This document shows, in pieces, positions 9,580-17,821 of a DNA stretch of 42,374 nucleotides. The stretch covers positions 1 to 42,374 of the forward strand of contig JBNJGK010000006.1 of the NCBI GenBank assembly GCA_051747665.1. Direction: 5' to 3'. The position numbers and the translations under genes are program-made. This DNA comes from Bacteroidota bacterium. GTDB lineage: Bacteria > Bacteroidota > Bacteroidia > Bacteroidales > JAIPAH01. The notes under the pieces are model-generated. The model saw only the letters and a list, made by a program, of their open reading frames with translations. It was not told the DNA's origin and did not search any database. The first letter of the stretch is position 1. Each line of letters starts with the position of its first letter.

Positions 9580-10125
9580 TTACCCCAGTATATCCTTAGA
9601 TAAAACAAAATCAGCGCCTTGTTCTTCCATTTCACGTATCGCTTTATCGCCATCTCCCGGATTAACATTTACAGCCCGAATAGCGTCTTCAACTACTTTT
9701 ACTTTAAAGCCTTTGCTAAGCGCATCCAGCACCGTATCTTTTACGCAATAGTCTGTGGTTAAGCCGGCTACATAAACCGTTTCTGCATCTTTCCCCTTAA
9801 GTAAATCAACCAGATTATCGGTAGTAGCTTCAAAGGCAGAATATCCGTCATCTTTATCATGCGTTCCCTTTAGCAGTACTTTATTAAAACGCGAGCTGTT
9901 TAACTCCGGATGAAACTCAGCTCCTTTAGTGTTTTTGACGCAATGCACAGGCCATTTTTCAAAATGAACTGAATTTTCAGGATGCCAGTCTTTAGATGCT
10001 AACACATAGTCAAAATGAGGCAATATGCGATTGATGACCGGCACTACCTCGTCGTTTCCGGGAGCACCTAATGCTCCGCCTTCACAAAAATCATTCTGTA
10101 CATCTACTACTAAAAGTGTTTTCAT
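9580..10125 (-). CDS. pncA: Nicotinamidase / pyrazinamidase
   Basis: VDVQNDF, DWH, WPVHC, KG, YSAF, TDYCV isochorismatase-family motifs; ATGA overlap with pncB. Confidence 0.93.
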   Translation of the reverse strand: MKTLLVVDVQNDFCEGGALGAPGNDEVVPVINRILPHFDYVLASKDWHPENSVHFEKWPVHCVKNTKGAEFHPELNSSRFNKVLLKGTHDKDDGYSAFEATTDNLVDLLKGKDAETVYVAGLTTDYCVKDTVLDALSKGFKVKVVEDAIRAVNVNPGDGDKAIREMEEQGADFVLSKDILG

Positions 10126-11558
10126 AACATCCTCCTGTTTTTAATATTTTTGAAAAGATTATCGCGCAAAGCTTCTAAATCTTCGCTAATACCTACTTTA
10201 TAATGATGCGGGAATTCAATTCTTTTATGCTCTTCCGGTAATTGTGCTAAACGTGTGCGCGCATATTCAGCGCTTTTCATAGCCGATACCTCTGGTTTAA
10301 CTATTTCACCATTTTTTACAACTGTTTCCAGGATATGCTCTGATGCCAGTCCTGAAACTTTTGATCGTTTATGCGCAAAATACGGATGCGCTATTTCTTT
10401 GGTGTTTTTTTCATGGCTCAAAACTATTCCATCGGCATAAAAAGTACCATCGTCATTAAAGTAGCGTATGGTATCTTTTTCTCCCGGAAGGGTTGTTTTT
10501 TCAATATTATCTGATACTTTCATCCGGGGAGTATTGTCGTAAACCGATAACTTGTAAACCCCGTCTAATGCTGGAGAACCATTTCCTGTAATGAGTTTTG
10601 TTCCTATACCATAGCTGTCTATAGGCGCATTTTGGAGCATCAAACTCCGGATAACGTATTCATCCAATTGATTTGATACTACAATTTTTACATTTTTTAA
10701 GCCGTGATCATCCAGCAATTGGCGTGCTTTTTTGCTGAAATAGGCCAGGTCGCCGCTATCGAGACGAATGGCTTTAAGCTGTTTCCCTTGCTTTTCCAGT
10801 TCGCGGGCTACTTTAATGGCATTGGGGATGCCGCTTTCCAGAGTGTTGTAAGTGTCTACCAGCAGCACGCAGTTGTCGGGATACTGCCGTGCAAAAGAAC
10901 GGAAAGCCTCCAGCTCTGAAGAAAAAGTTTGTATCCATGAGTGCGCCATAGTGCCGCCAACGGGAATATCGTACTGGAAGCCTGCACGTAAGTTTGATGA
11001 ATTATTGGCACCGCCGATAACCGCAGCCCGGCTGGCCATTAGTCCGCCACTGCCTTGTGCACGCCTTAAACCGAAATCGCTGAAAGGTTTCTGCCCAATC
11101 ACATTGCGGATACGTGAGGCTTTGGTAGAAATTAAAGATGAAAAATTAAGGGTATTTAAAACAAGGGTTTCAATTAATTGCAATTCAAGAATATTGCCAT
11201 TAATCACCATAAGCGGTTCAGTTGGGAAAACCACCTCTCCTTCAGCCGGCGCTTTGATGGTTCCTGAAAAAGAAAACCCTGATAAATAGTCTAAAAACTC
11301 TTTGCGGAATCCTTGCGATTGAAGGTAGTTGATTTCCTCTTCATCAAAAGAGAACTGTTGTATGGCGGATAACAATTCCTGCAACCCCGAAAAAATAACA
11401 TATCCTCCCTGGAAAGGGTTTTTCCGGTAAAAATAGTCAAACACAGCCTGCTCTCTGGCTTTGCCTTCATAAAAGTAAGCTTGAGCCATAGCCAACTCAT
11501 AAAAGTCGGTAAACAGGCCTGTATATGTATTCTTTGCTATGTTTTTGTTTGTTTTCAT
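10122..11558 (-). CDS. pncB: Nicotinate phosphoribosyltransferase
   Basis: TDFYELAM, DFGLRRAQG, GTMAHSW (phospho-His), LVDTY, IRLDSGDL, GVYKL. Confidence 0.95.
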   Translation of the reverse strand: MKTNKNIAKNTYTGLFTDFYELAMAQAYFYEGKAREQAVFDYFYRKNPFQGGYVIFSGLQELLSAIQQFSFDEEEINYLQSQGFRKEFLDYLSGFSFSGTIKAPAEGEVVFPTEPLMVINGNILELQLIETLVLNTLNFSSLISTKASRIRNVIGQKPFSDFGLRRAQGSGGLMASRAAVIGGANNSSNLRAGFQYDIPVGGTMAHSWIQTFSSELEAFRSFARQYPDNCVLLVDTYNTLESGIPNAIKVARELEKQGKQLKAIRLDSGDLAYFSKKARQLLDDHGLKNVKIVVSNQLDEYVIRSLMLQNAPIDSYGIGTKLITGNGSPALDGVYKLSVYDNTPRMKVSDNIEKTTLPGEKDTIRYFNDDGTFYADGIVLSHEKNTKEIAHPYFAHKRSKVSGLASEHILETVVKNGEIVKPEVSAMKSAEYARTRLAQLPEEHKRIEFPHHYKVGISEDLEALRDNLFKNIKNRRML

Positions 11559-11606
11559 GCTCTTTTATGTTAACAACCATTAATTTGTATTGTTGAAAAA
11601 CCTTGT

Positions 11607-12314
11607 TTAAAGATTTGAATTTGTGTGGTTTTGCATTTTCGTCATTATCAAATCAAAGCTTTCAGGCAGCGGTGCCGTAAAATGCAATTGGGTTTGCTTT
11701 TGCGGATGATGAAACTTGATTTCAGAGGCATGCAGCATCAGTCTGTTAATACCTGTGATTTCTGTAATTTTCCGGTTTAAGGTAAAATCGCCATGATGGC
11801 TGTCGCCGATAATATCCGTACGGTTTTGAGCAAGATGCTGGCGAAGCTGGTGCCAGCGACCGGTCTCGGGCTTAAGTTCTGTAAGGCTCAATATCAAAGG
11901 AACTCCTTCTTTGGTTTCCATGCCGGTATGAATGCTTTCAAGTGTTTTATATTGCGTAATTGCTGCTTTTCGTTTTTTGCTCTTTTTTTTCACCATAACC
12001 GGGTTTTCGAAAGTTCCCTTACCGGGATTCCCTTTCGCGATGGCGAGGTAGGTTTTATCAACTTGCTGGTTAGAGAACTGTTGTGTTAATACCCCTGCAA
12101 TCTCCCGGCTCAAAGCCATCACAATGACTCCTGAGGTTTTAGCATCCAGGCGGTGCACATTAAAAACCGGACTATCGATTAGCTTGCCTGTTAATTTCGT
12201 GAGCCAGGGCGCGTCTTTGGGTATAAAGTCATTGTAATGAACCGGTAGGCCTGAGGGTTTATTGATGACAATAATATCATCATCCTGATAGAGTATGTTT
12301 TCCTGGTTTATCAT
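11607..12314 (-). CDS. RluA-family RNA pseudouridine synthase (TruC-like, no S4 domain)
   Basis: NKPSGLPVH, VHRLDAKTSGV (catalytic Asp), KTYLAI, TGRWHQLRQH, IIGD, LMLHA; ATG 12314 chosen because the promoter element lies just upstream. Confidence 0.9.
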   Translation of the reverse strand: MINQENILYQDDDIIVINKPSGLPVHYNDFIPKDAPWLTKLTGKLIDSPVFNVHRLDAKTSGVIVMALSREIAGVLTQQFSNQQVDKTYLAIAKGNPGKGTFENPVMVKKKSKKRKAAITQYKTLESIHTGMETKEGVPLILSLTELKPETGRWHQLRQHLAQNRTDIIGDSHHGDFTLNRKITEITGINRLMLHASEIKFHHPQKQTQLHFTAPLPESFDLIMTKMQNHTNSNL

Positions 12315-12320
12315 GTGATG

Positions 12321-12394
12321 CAAAATTACGCTTTTTAAGGAGAAGCAAGTGGAAGTAATTTCATAACCGGAATTCAATTCTATTGCTACCTTTG
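12321..12394. promoter_or_regulatory. Divergent promoter pair for the pseudouridine synthase (-) and dam (+)
   Basis: TAATTTTG on minus at 12321-12328 and TACCTTTG on plus at 12387-12394. Confidence 0.6.
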
Positions 12395-12413
12395 CGGGAA
12401 ATTGCTGACGTAT

Positions 12414-13316
12414 ATGCGAAAAGAGAGCAAAGCAGGGCCGTTTTTGAAGTGGGCCGGCGGTAAAACCCAGTTATTACCGAGCCTGATGGATACCATGCGC
12501 CCTGCCTTGGAAGGAAAGCGCGAAATAACGTATGTGGAGCCTTTTATTGGCAGCGGCGCCGTCCTTTTCGAAGTATTGAAAACGTATCCTCAAATGGTTT
12601 CTAAAGTTATTGTCAACGACATTAATACAGATTTGGTCAATGTTTGGAAGATTGTTCGTGATAATCCGGAAGCATTAATAGCGCAATTGCAGCGCTTAAG
12701 GACGGAATACTTAAAACTGGGAGACGAACAGAGGAAAGATTATTTCCTTGAAATCAGAAAAGTTTTTAATCAGCGAAAAGAATCCTTATTAAAACAAGCC
12801 TCTCATTTGATTTTTCTGAATAAAACTTGTTTCAATGGCTTATACAGGGTGAACCGGAAAAACGAGTTTAACGTTCCTCATGGCCGCTACAGCAAGCCTA
12901 CTGTTTTTGATGAAGAAGCTATTCGTGCAACAGCTCAGCTTCTGCAGCGGGTTGAAATTTATAACGATGATTTTATGCAATTGCTTCAGTATGCTGGTAA
13001 AGCAAAGGATGTTCTGTGGTATTTTGATCCTCCTTATCGGCCGTTGAGTAAGAGTAGCTCTTTTATAGCTTATTCTGCTGATGCTTTTGATGATGCACAA
13101 CAAATCCGGTTAAAGGATTTGTGCGATGAAATCCACCGGCGGGGTCAGAAGTTTGTTTTAAGCAATTCAGACCCAAAAAATACCCGCCCTGAAGACGATT
13201 TTTTTGAAGAGCTTTTCAGTAATTATACGATTGACAGAGTGAAAGCCCGGCGCAGCATTAACTCCAAAGGAGACAAAAGAGGTCTTTTGTATGAATTGAT
13301 AATCCACAACATTTGA
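12414..13316 (+). CDS. dam: Dam/D12-class N6-adenine DNA methyltransferase
   Basis: FLKWAGGK, YVEPFIGSGAV (motif I), NDIN, FLNKTCFNGLYRVN...FNVP.G (target-recognition region), FDPPY (motif IV), LSNS. Confidence 0.9.
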   Translation: MRKESKAGPFLKWAGGKTQLLPSLMDTMRPALEGKREITYVEPFIGSGAVLFEVLKTYPQMVSKVIVNDINTDLVNVWKIVRDNPEALIAQLQRLRTEYLKLGDEQRKDYFLEIRKVFNQRKESLLKQASHLIFLNKTCFNGLYRVNRKNEFNVPHGRYSKPTVFDEEAIRATAQLLQRVEIYNDDFMQLLQYAGKAKDVLWYFDPPYRPLSKSSSFIAYSADAFDDAQQIRLKDLCDEIHRRGQKFVLSNSDPKNTRPEDDFFEELFSNYTIDRVKARRSINSKGDKRGLLYELIIHNI

Positions 13317-13351
13317 TTTATTGCGTCTTTTCTGAAAGACAGGTGTATGTG

Positions 13352-13828
13352 TCAAAAACCATGTACCCGCATGATTTCATCCAGGTATCTCCATTTTTTT
13401 TCTCTGCTGTAATTTGCAGCATGTTTTACGCTTCGGCCCTGGATAAGGACTTGATATATACCAAGCCGTTTAATCCGTTTGCCTAAAATTTTATTGGCTT
13501 TGTTTTCTTCAGCTACCATGCCGGCATAAATAACGGTAAACCATTTTCTGATTTCTATTGAGTCTGTGCCATATTTCGCAGAGATATCAGCAATAAGTTG
13601 GATTGCTGTATCGGAAATTGCCGTGTGAGTGGCATCGTAGATTTTTACAAAATCGTCATAAATTTGATGGGCTTTATGAATACCGGCTAGCGCTTTTAAA
13701 CGTGAAAAATAAACTTCATCTGAAGGAGCAAAAGTAGTGTCTGGCTCTTTAATGTATACGCACCATTCATCAAAACTTCCCCGGTCATAAAAAATGGTGT
13801 ACGTATCAAATGAACTGATGTGTTTCAT
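13352..13828 (-). CDS. Conserved-looking hypothetical protein (tentatively DUF7004-like), convergent with dam
   Basis: 158-aa ORF with its own TATTTTTG promoter element (13887-13894); motif-like segments GSFDEWCVY, IYDDFVKIYD, YAGMVAEENK, LGKRIKRLG; family name recalled, not verified. Confidence 0.7.
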   Translation of the reverse strand: MKHISSFDTYTIFYDRGSFDEWCVYIKEPDTTFAPSDEVYFSRLKALAGIHKAHQIYDDFVKIYDATHTAISDTAIQLIADISAKYGTDSIEIRKWFTVIYAGMVAEENKANKILGKRIKRLGIYQVLIQGRSVKHAANYSREKKWRYLDEIMRVHGF

Positions 13829-13906
13829 GATTCTACCATTTCCTGTAATATGTTTCTTGGGTTTAAAAGAAATTTTTATTCAGCCTCAAAAATAAACTAA
13901 AAATCC

Positions 13907-14039
13907 ATTCGTGAATTAGAGGCTAATTAAAACAAGCCACGAATTCACTAATAGCAAGGATAAGCTTTAAAACTTGAGCCATTTCAGGAAATGATTCGTG
14001 AATTAGTGGCAAAATGAATCAAACCACGAATTCACGAAT
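13907..14039. repeat. REP/BIME-like cluster: four 17-bp copies in alternating orientation (consensus GCCACGAATTCACGAAT)
   Basis: ATTCGTGAATTAGAGGC 13907-13923, GCCACGAATTCACTAAT 13936-13952, ATTCGTGAATTAGTGGC 13994-14010, ACCACGAATTCACGAAT 14023-14039; spacers 12/41/12 nt. Confidence 0.8.
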
Positions 14040-14074
14040 TGAATGTTACTTCTCTGAGAAAAGTATCTCCTGTA

Positions 14075-14692
14075 CTATTTGATGTCTTTAACTTTATCAG
14101 AAAAAACCTTTTTGAATTTTTCAATTTTAGGCGTTATCACAAACTGACAATACCCTTCATTTTTATTGTTTTCGTAGTATTCCTGATGATAATCCTCAGC
14201 CTTAAAAAAGTTTTTAAATGGCTCTATGGCCGTAACAATAGGATCATCCCAGATATTAGCCTTTTCAAGCTCTTGTTTGTATTTCTCAGCCGTTTTGCGT
14301 TGATCTTCGTTGTGATAGAAGATTACAGACCGGTATTGTGGCCCAACATCCGCTCCCTGCCTGTTAAGCTGGGTAGGATCATGAGACTTCCAGTAAACTT
14401 CCAGAATTTCTTTGTAGGAGATTTTCTCCGGGTCAAAAAACACTTGTACTACTTCGGCATGTCCTGTGTTTCCTGAGGAGACCTCACGGTAAGAGGGGTT
14501 CACAATTTCGCCACCGCTATATCCTGAAATAGCCTCATCTACTCCTTTTAGACGTTCAAAAATTGCCTCTACGCACCAAAAACACCCGGCGCCTAATGTT
14601 GCTTTTTCCATCATATCTGAAGATTTATTTTGTGAAATTGCCTGCAATGATAAAAGAAATGCGGCAATTAAAAACAAGTTTTTTAATTTCAT
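14075..14692 (-). CDS. msrA: Peptide-methionine (S)-S-oxide reductase with a signal peptide (extracytoplasmic)
   Basis: GAGCFWCVE, SGYSGG, GHAEVVQ, HDPTQLNRQGADVGPQYRS, AEDYHQEYY; starting at ATG 14692 gives the signal MKLKNLFLIAAFLLSLQAISQ. Confidence 0.95.
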   Translation of the reverse strand: MKLKNLFLIAAFLLSLQAISQNKSSDMMEKATLGAGCFWCVEAIFERLKGVDEAISGYSGGEIVNPSYREVSSGNTGHAEVVQVFFDPEKISYKEILEVYWKSHDPTQLNRQGADVGPQYRSVIFYHNEDQRKTAEKYKQELEKANIWDDPIVTAIEPFKNFFKAEDYHQEYYENNKNEGYCQFVITPKIEKFKKVFSDKVKDIK

Positions 14693-14900
14693 ACTGCTTT
14701 TTGATAAAAACACAAGGCAGCCGGATTGGTTCACCGTATTCAGGATGTTGATTGTGCAATCCTCATTTAATTGTTTATTTTTGCCTGAGATTTAGTTGTA
14801 GCTAAAATCATTCTTCTGATTAGATGCACTCAATGAATGGCAAATGATCATAGTGAAAATACGATGATTTGCATTTTTATGGGGCGATAATAAAATGAAG

Positions 14901-14908
14901 TATTTTTG
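14901..14908 (+). promoter_or_regulatory. -7 promoter element for DUF1573-yajC-ybbR-coaE
   Basis: TATTTTTG upstream of the operon; a second TATTTTTG lies at 14776-14783. Confidence 0.5.
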
Positions 14909-15007
14909 CTGCAATAGTTTTTCAGAGTGAAATGCACATGCGTTTAAAAAAGTCACAAAACGTTAACAAGACAAGCACTAATGAAGACATATAAAGAATT
15001 GAAGCGG

Positions 15008-15451
15008 ATGAGAACACACGTATTTCTGTTCATGATTTTGGCGGTAGTTTTAGGAGGATGCCACGGCAACTCAGACAAACTCCCGTCAGATATGGTAAAT
15101 AATCCGAACTCAGCATCCGGTAAGAAACAGGATAAGCAACCTGAAATTGAGTTTGAAAAAACCACTCACGATTTTGGGCAGGTAATACATGGCGAAGTTG
15201 TTTCTTACTATTTTAAATTTCAAAACAATGGCAATGCTGATTTGCTGATTGCCGATGTCAGCGCTTCATGCGGATGCACTGTAACAGAATATCCGCAAGA
15301 GCCGATAAAACCCGGAGAGGAAGAAACGCTCCTGGTGACTTTTGACAGCAACAATCGCCAAGGGTTTCAGAACAAAAAAATTACAGTATCAACCAACGGA
15401 CAGCCGGCTCAAACCGAATTATCAATTAAAGCGAAAATAATCAGACCTTAA
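15008..15451 (+). CDS. DUF1573 domain lipoprotein
   Basis: Lipobox-like LGGC; HDFGQV...F.FQN.G...L.I..V.ASCGCT...PIKPGE DUF1573 signature; start could be 14981 or 15008. Confidence 0.85.
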   Translation: MRTHVFLFMILAVVLGGCHGNSDKLPSDMVNNPNSASGKKQDKQPEIEFEKTTHDFGQVIHGEVVSYYFKFQNNGNADLLIADVSASCGCTVTEYPQEPIKPGEEETLLVTFDSNNRQGFQNKKITVSTNGQPAQTELSIKAKIIRP

Positions 15452-15463
15452 AAACAGATAGTT

Positions 15464-15796
15464 ATGAATTTATTAAGTATTTTACTAATGCAACCACCCG
15501 CCGAAGGCGGCGAAGGCGGTGGACTACTTTCTTTTCTTCCATTAATCCTCATCATTCTGGTGTTTTACCTGTTCTTTATCAGGCCCCAGATGAAGCGCTC
15601 AAAAGATCAGAGAAAATTCCGGGAAGCGCTGGAGAAAGGCCAGAAAATTGTTACAATTGGCGGAATCCACGGAAAAATTCTTGAAGTGAAAGATACATAC
15701 GTGCTTCTGGAAGTGGAAGGCCAAAATAAACTGAAAGTAGAAAAGTCCGCCATTGCAATGGATAGCCAGGATCAGCAACAATTACAGCAGAAATAA
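15464..15796 (+). CDS. yajC: Preprotein translocase subunit YajC
   Basis: TM helix then [29 protein letters not shown]. Confidence 0.95.
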   Translation: MNLLSILLMQPPAEGGEGGGLLSFLPLILIILVFYLFFIRPQMKRSKDQRKFREALEKGQKIVTIGGIHGKILEVKDTYVLLEVEGQNKLKVEKSAIAMDSQDQQQLQQK

Positions 15797-15808
15797 ACTG
15801 TTGATACC

Positions 15809-16819
15809 TTGGCTGCTAAACAAGTTATAAAAAATCGGTGGGGTTTTGAGTTGCTCAGGAAGTCAGTTAAAAATCTGAAAGATCCTGAAGCGAGGAACAA
15901 CCTTTATGTTTTTTTGATTTGTTTGCTGATTTCATTGTTCATATGGCTTTCAATAAAGCTTTCCAAAGAGTATCATGCCACGGTTGAGCACGAAGTGAAT
16001 TATGTTAATATTCCGGATGATAAGGTGTTGGTAAACAACCCGCCGGGAAAGATTAAGCTAAAAGTGCTTGGCCATGGCATGGAGTTGCTCAAGGTGAAGT
16101 ATGGTGGTCCGTCGGATGTTTTGCAGATAGATGTCTCCGAAGCTGAAATAGTAGCTGATGAGGAGAAGTTTAAAGCAGAACTGCCTACGGTATGGTTTAT
16201 TTCTCAGGTAGCAAGGCAAACCAATTATTACGACAATCTTATTGACATTAAACCGGATACACTTTTACTCAGGTTTGAAGACCTGAAATATAAAAAAGTA
16301 CCCGTGGAGCATCAATTTAGTTTTAAGCTGGATAAGCAAGTCTGGCTGCGTAAACCAGTAAGGTACTCACCTGACAGTGTGGTTGTCTCAGGCAGGGAAA
16401 CACAAGTGGACACTGTGCGGAAGGTTTTTACTGAGCCTGTAAAACTGGGAACATTGAGTTCACCCGTAACGCGCCGTGCTAAGCTTGATCCACCGGAAGG
16501 CATGAACTTTAGCCTGAGTAATGACAGCACAACGGTTGTGATTCCTTGTGAACGCTACACAGAAGAACAGGTTAACTTAACAGTAGAGCCGGTTACTCCG
16601 GATACTGTAAGAATTCGCACTTTTCCCAGAGAAGTGAGTGTGACGTATTGGGTGTCACTGGACGATTACCAGCGCTTGAATGAGGAGATGTTTCAGGCTG
16701 TGGTTTCCGTCAGTGAGGAAGAAAACCGGTTTTTACCCGTTCAGATCAGGCGTGTACCTGATTATGTTAAAATAGTAGAAGTTAACCCATCAGAAGTGGA
16801 ATATATATATTTGAAATGA
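15809..16819 (+). CDS. YbbR/CdaR-like membrane-anchored protein
   Basis: N-terminal TM (FLICLLISLFIWL..KLSKEY), KKVPV, PDSVVVSG, TFPREVSV, NPSEVEY; usual position between yajC and coaE; TTG start. Confidence 0.8.
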   Translation: MAAKQVIKNRWGFELLRKSVKNLKDPEARNNLYVFLICLLISLFIWLSIKLSKEYHATVEHEVNYVNIPDDKVLVNNPPGKIKLKVLGHGMELLKVKYGGPSDVLQIDVSEAEIVADEEKFKAELPTVWFISQVARQTNYYDNLIDIKPDTLLLRFEDLKYKKVPVEHQFSFKLDKQVWLRKPVRYSPDSVVVSGRETQVDTVRKVFTEPVKLGTLSSPVTRRAKLDPPEGMNFSLSNDSTTVVIPCERYTEEQVNLTVEPVTPDTVRIRTFPREVSVTYWVSLDDYQRLNEEMFQAVVSVSEEENRFLPVQIRRVPDYVKIVEVNPSEVEYIYLK

Positions 16820-17403
16820 TAAAGGCTGGCCTTACCGGAAATATTGGAAGTGGAAAAAGTACGGTAGCACGTATTTTTCAGGCACTGGGTGTTCCGGTCT
16901 TTAATGCTGATCTGGAAGCAAAAAATCTTTATAGGGAAAAAGAAGTGTTGCAAGAGGTGACAAATGCTTTCGGTAATAGTGTAATTGATGATAAGGGAGA
17001 ATTGGATAAAGCCAGGCTGGCAGCAATTATCTTTAGCGATAAAGAAAAACTAAAGCAAATCAATGCCATTATCCATCCTAAAGTAAGGCGAAAATATTAC
17101 AACTGGCTCGAGCGTAACAGCAATGTTCCATACACACTGCAAGAAGCTGCTATTATGATTGAGAGTGGATTGTATAAACAGATGGACAAAATAATTGTAG
17201 TTACAGCGCCACAGCATGAACGTCTGCAACGTATTAGCAGCAGAGACGGGTTTGATAAAGAAGAAATCCTGAAAAGAATGGAAAATCAATATTCTGAATC
17301 CATGCTCCGGTCTTATGCCAGTTTTGTGGTAGAAAACCATGACCATCATCTTGTAATACCCCAAGTTCTTGAAATACACAAAATCCTTTCCGGTTCAGCA
17401 TAA
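16816..17403 (+). CDS. coaE: Dephospho-CoA kinase
   Basis: GLTGNIGSGKST P-loop, ADLEAK, IIHPKV, EAAIMIE; ATGA overlap with the upstream gene. Confidence 0.95.
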   Translation: MIKAGLTGNIGSGKSTVARIFQALGVPVFNADLEAKNLYREKEVLQEVTNAFGNSVIDDKGELDKARLAAIIFSDKEKLKQINAIIHPKVRRKYYNWLERNSNVPYTLQEAAIMIESGLYKQMDKIIVVTAPQHERLQRISSRDGFDKEEILKRMENQYSESMLRSYASFVVENHDHHLVIPQVLEIHKILSGSA

Positions 17404-17821
17404 GTATACTTTTTGACCAGACTCAATAATGTTATTTATATTCCGTAATTCCGGATTTTGAATACGGCAGCAAACGACCGTATTTTTTTGCTTTTGATTA
17501 TTCAGGAGGGTGAGATAAACGTACTTCCCATATGAGCTTTGAACAGATAGGATTTTGAAGTTAAAATAGAGTCTCGGATACACCATTTTCTAACAATTGT
17601 TTGAGGCGGCTTGAATAGCAGGGCAGATTAAATATTGAATTTTTTGAGCTTCAGAAAATGAATCAACTAAAATCACCTGCTATCCTTGTCAAAAGGACAT
17701 TTCCGTTTAACCTTGCTTTCTGAATTTCCACATTAAAAAAATTATTGCCATTTCCTTGTTTGTGAATAAAATATTTTAGTAACTTGTGACACATTATTAC
17801 ATCCACTAAAAACAACTACTA

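Noticed and set aside
9474-9668. 64-aa ORF on - spanning the pncA end
   Set aside because: Overlaps pncA out of frame and runs through the heptamer repeat; no protein-like features
10852-11289. 145-aa ORF on +, and similar 60-146 aa antisense or alternate-frame ORFs throughout the track
   Set aside because: Fully nested in well-supported genes (here pncB) with the composition typical of shadow frames
11559-11606. NrtR operator or NAD-related riboswitch upstream of pncB
   Set aside because: Gap is only 48 nt and I see no convincing palindrome or structured motif
13907-14039. Possible CRISPR mini-array
   Set aside because: Units are 17 bp, alternate in orientation, have 12/41/12 spacers, and no cas genes are nearby
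12414-14039. Prophage or transposon carrying dam
   Set aside because: No integrase, transposase, phage genes, terminal repeats or target-site duplication visible
14039-14476. 145-aa hydrophobic ORF on +
   Set aside because: Antisense shadow of msrA with no independent motif
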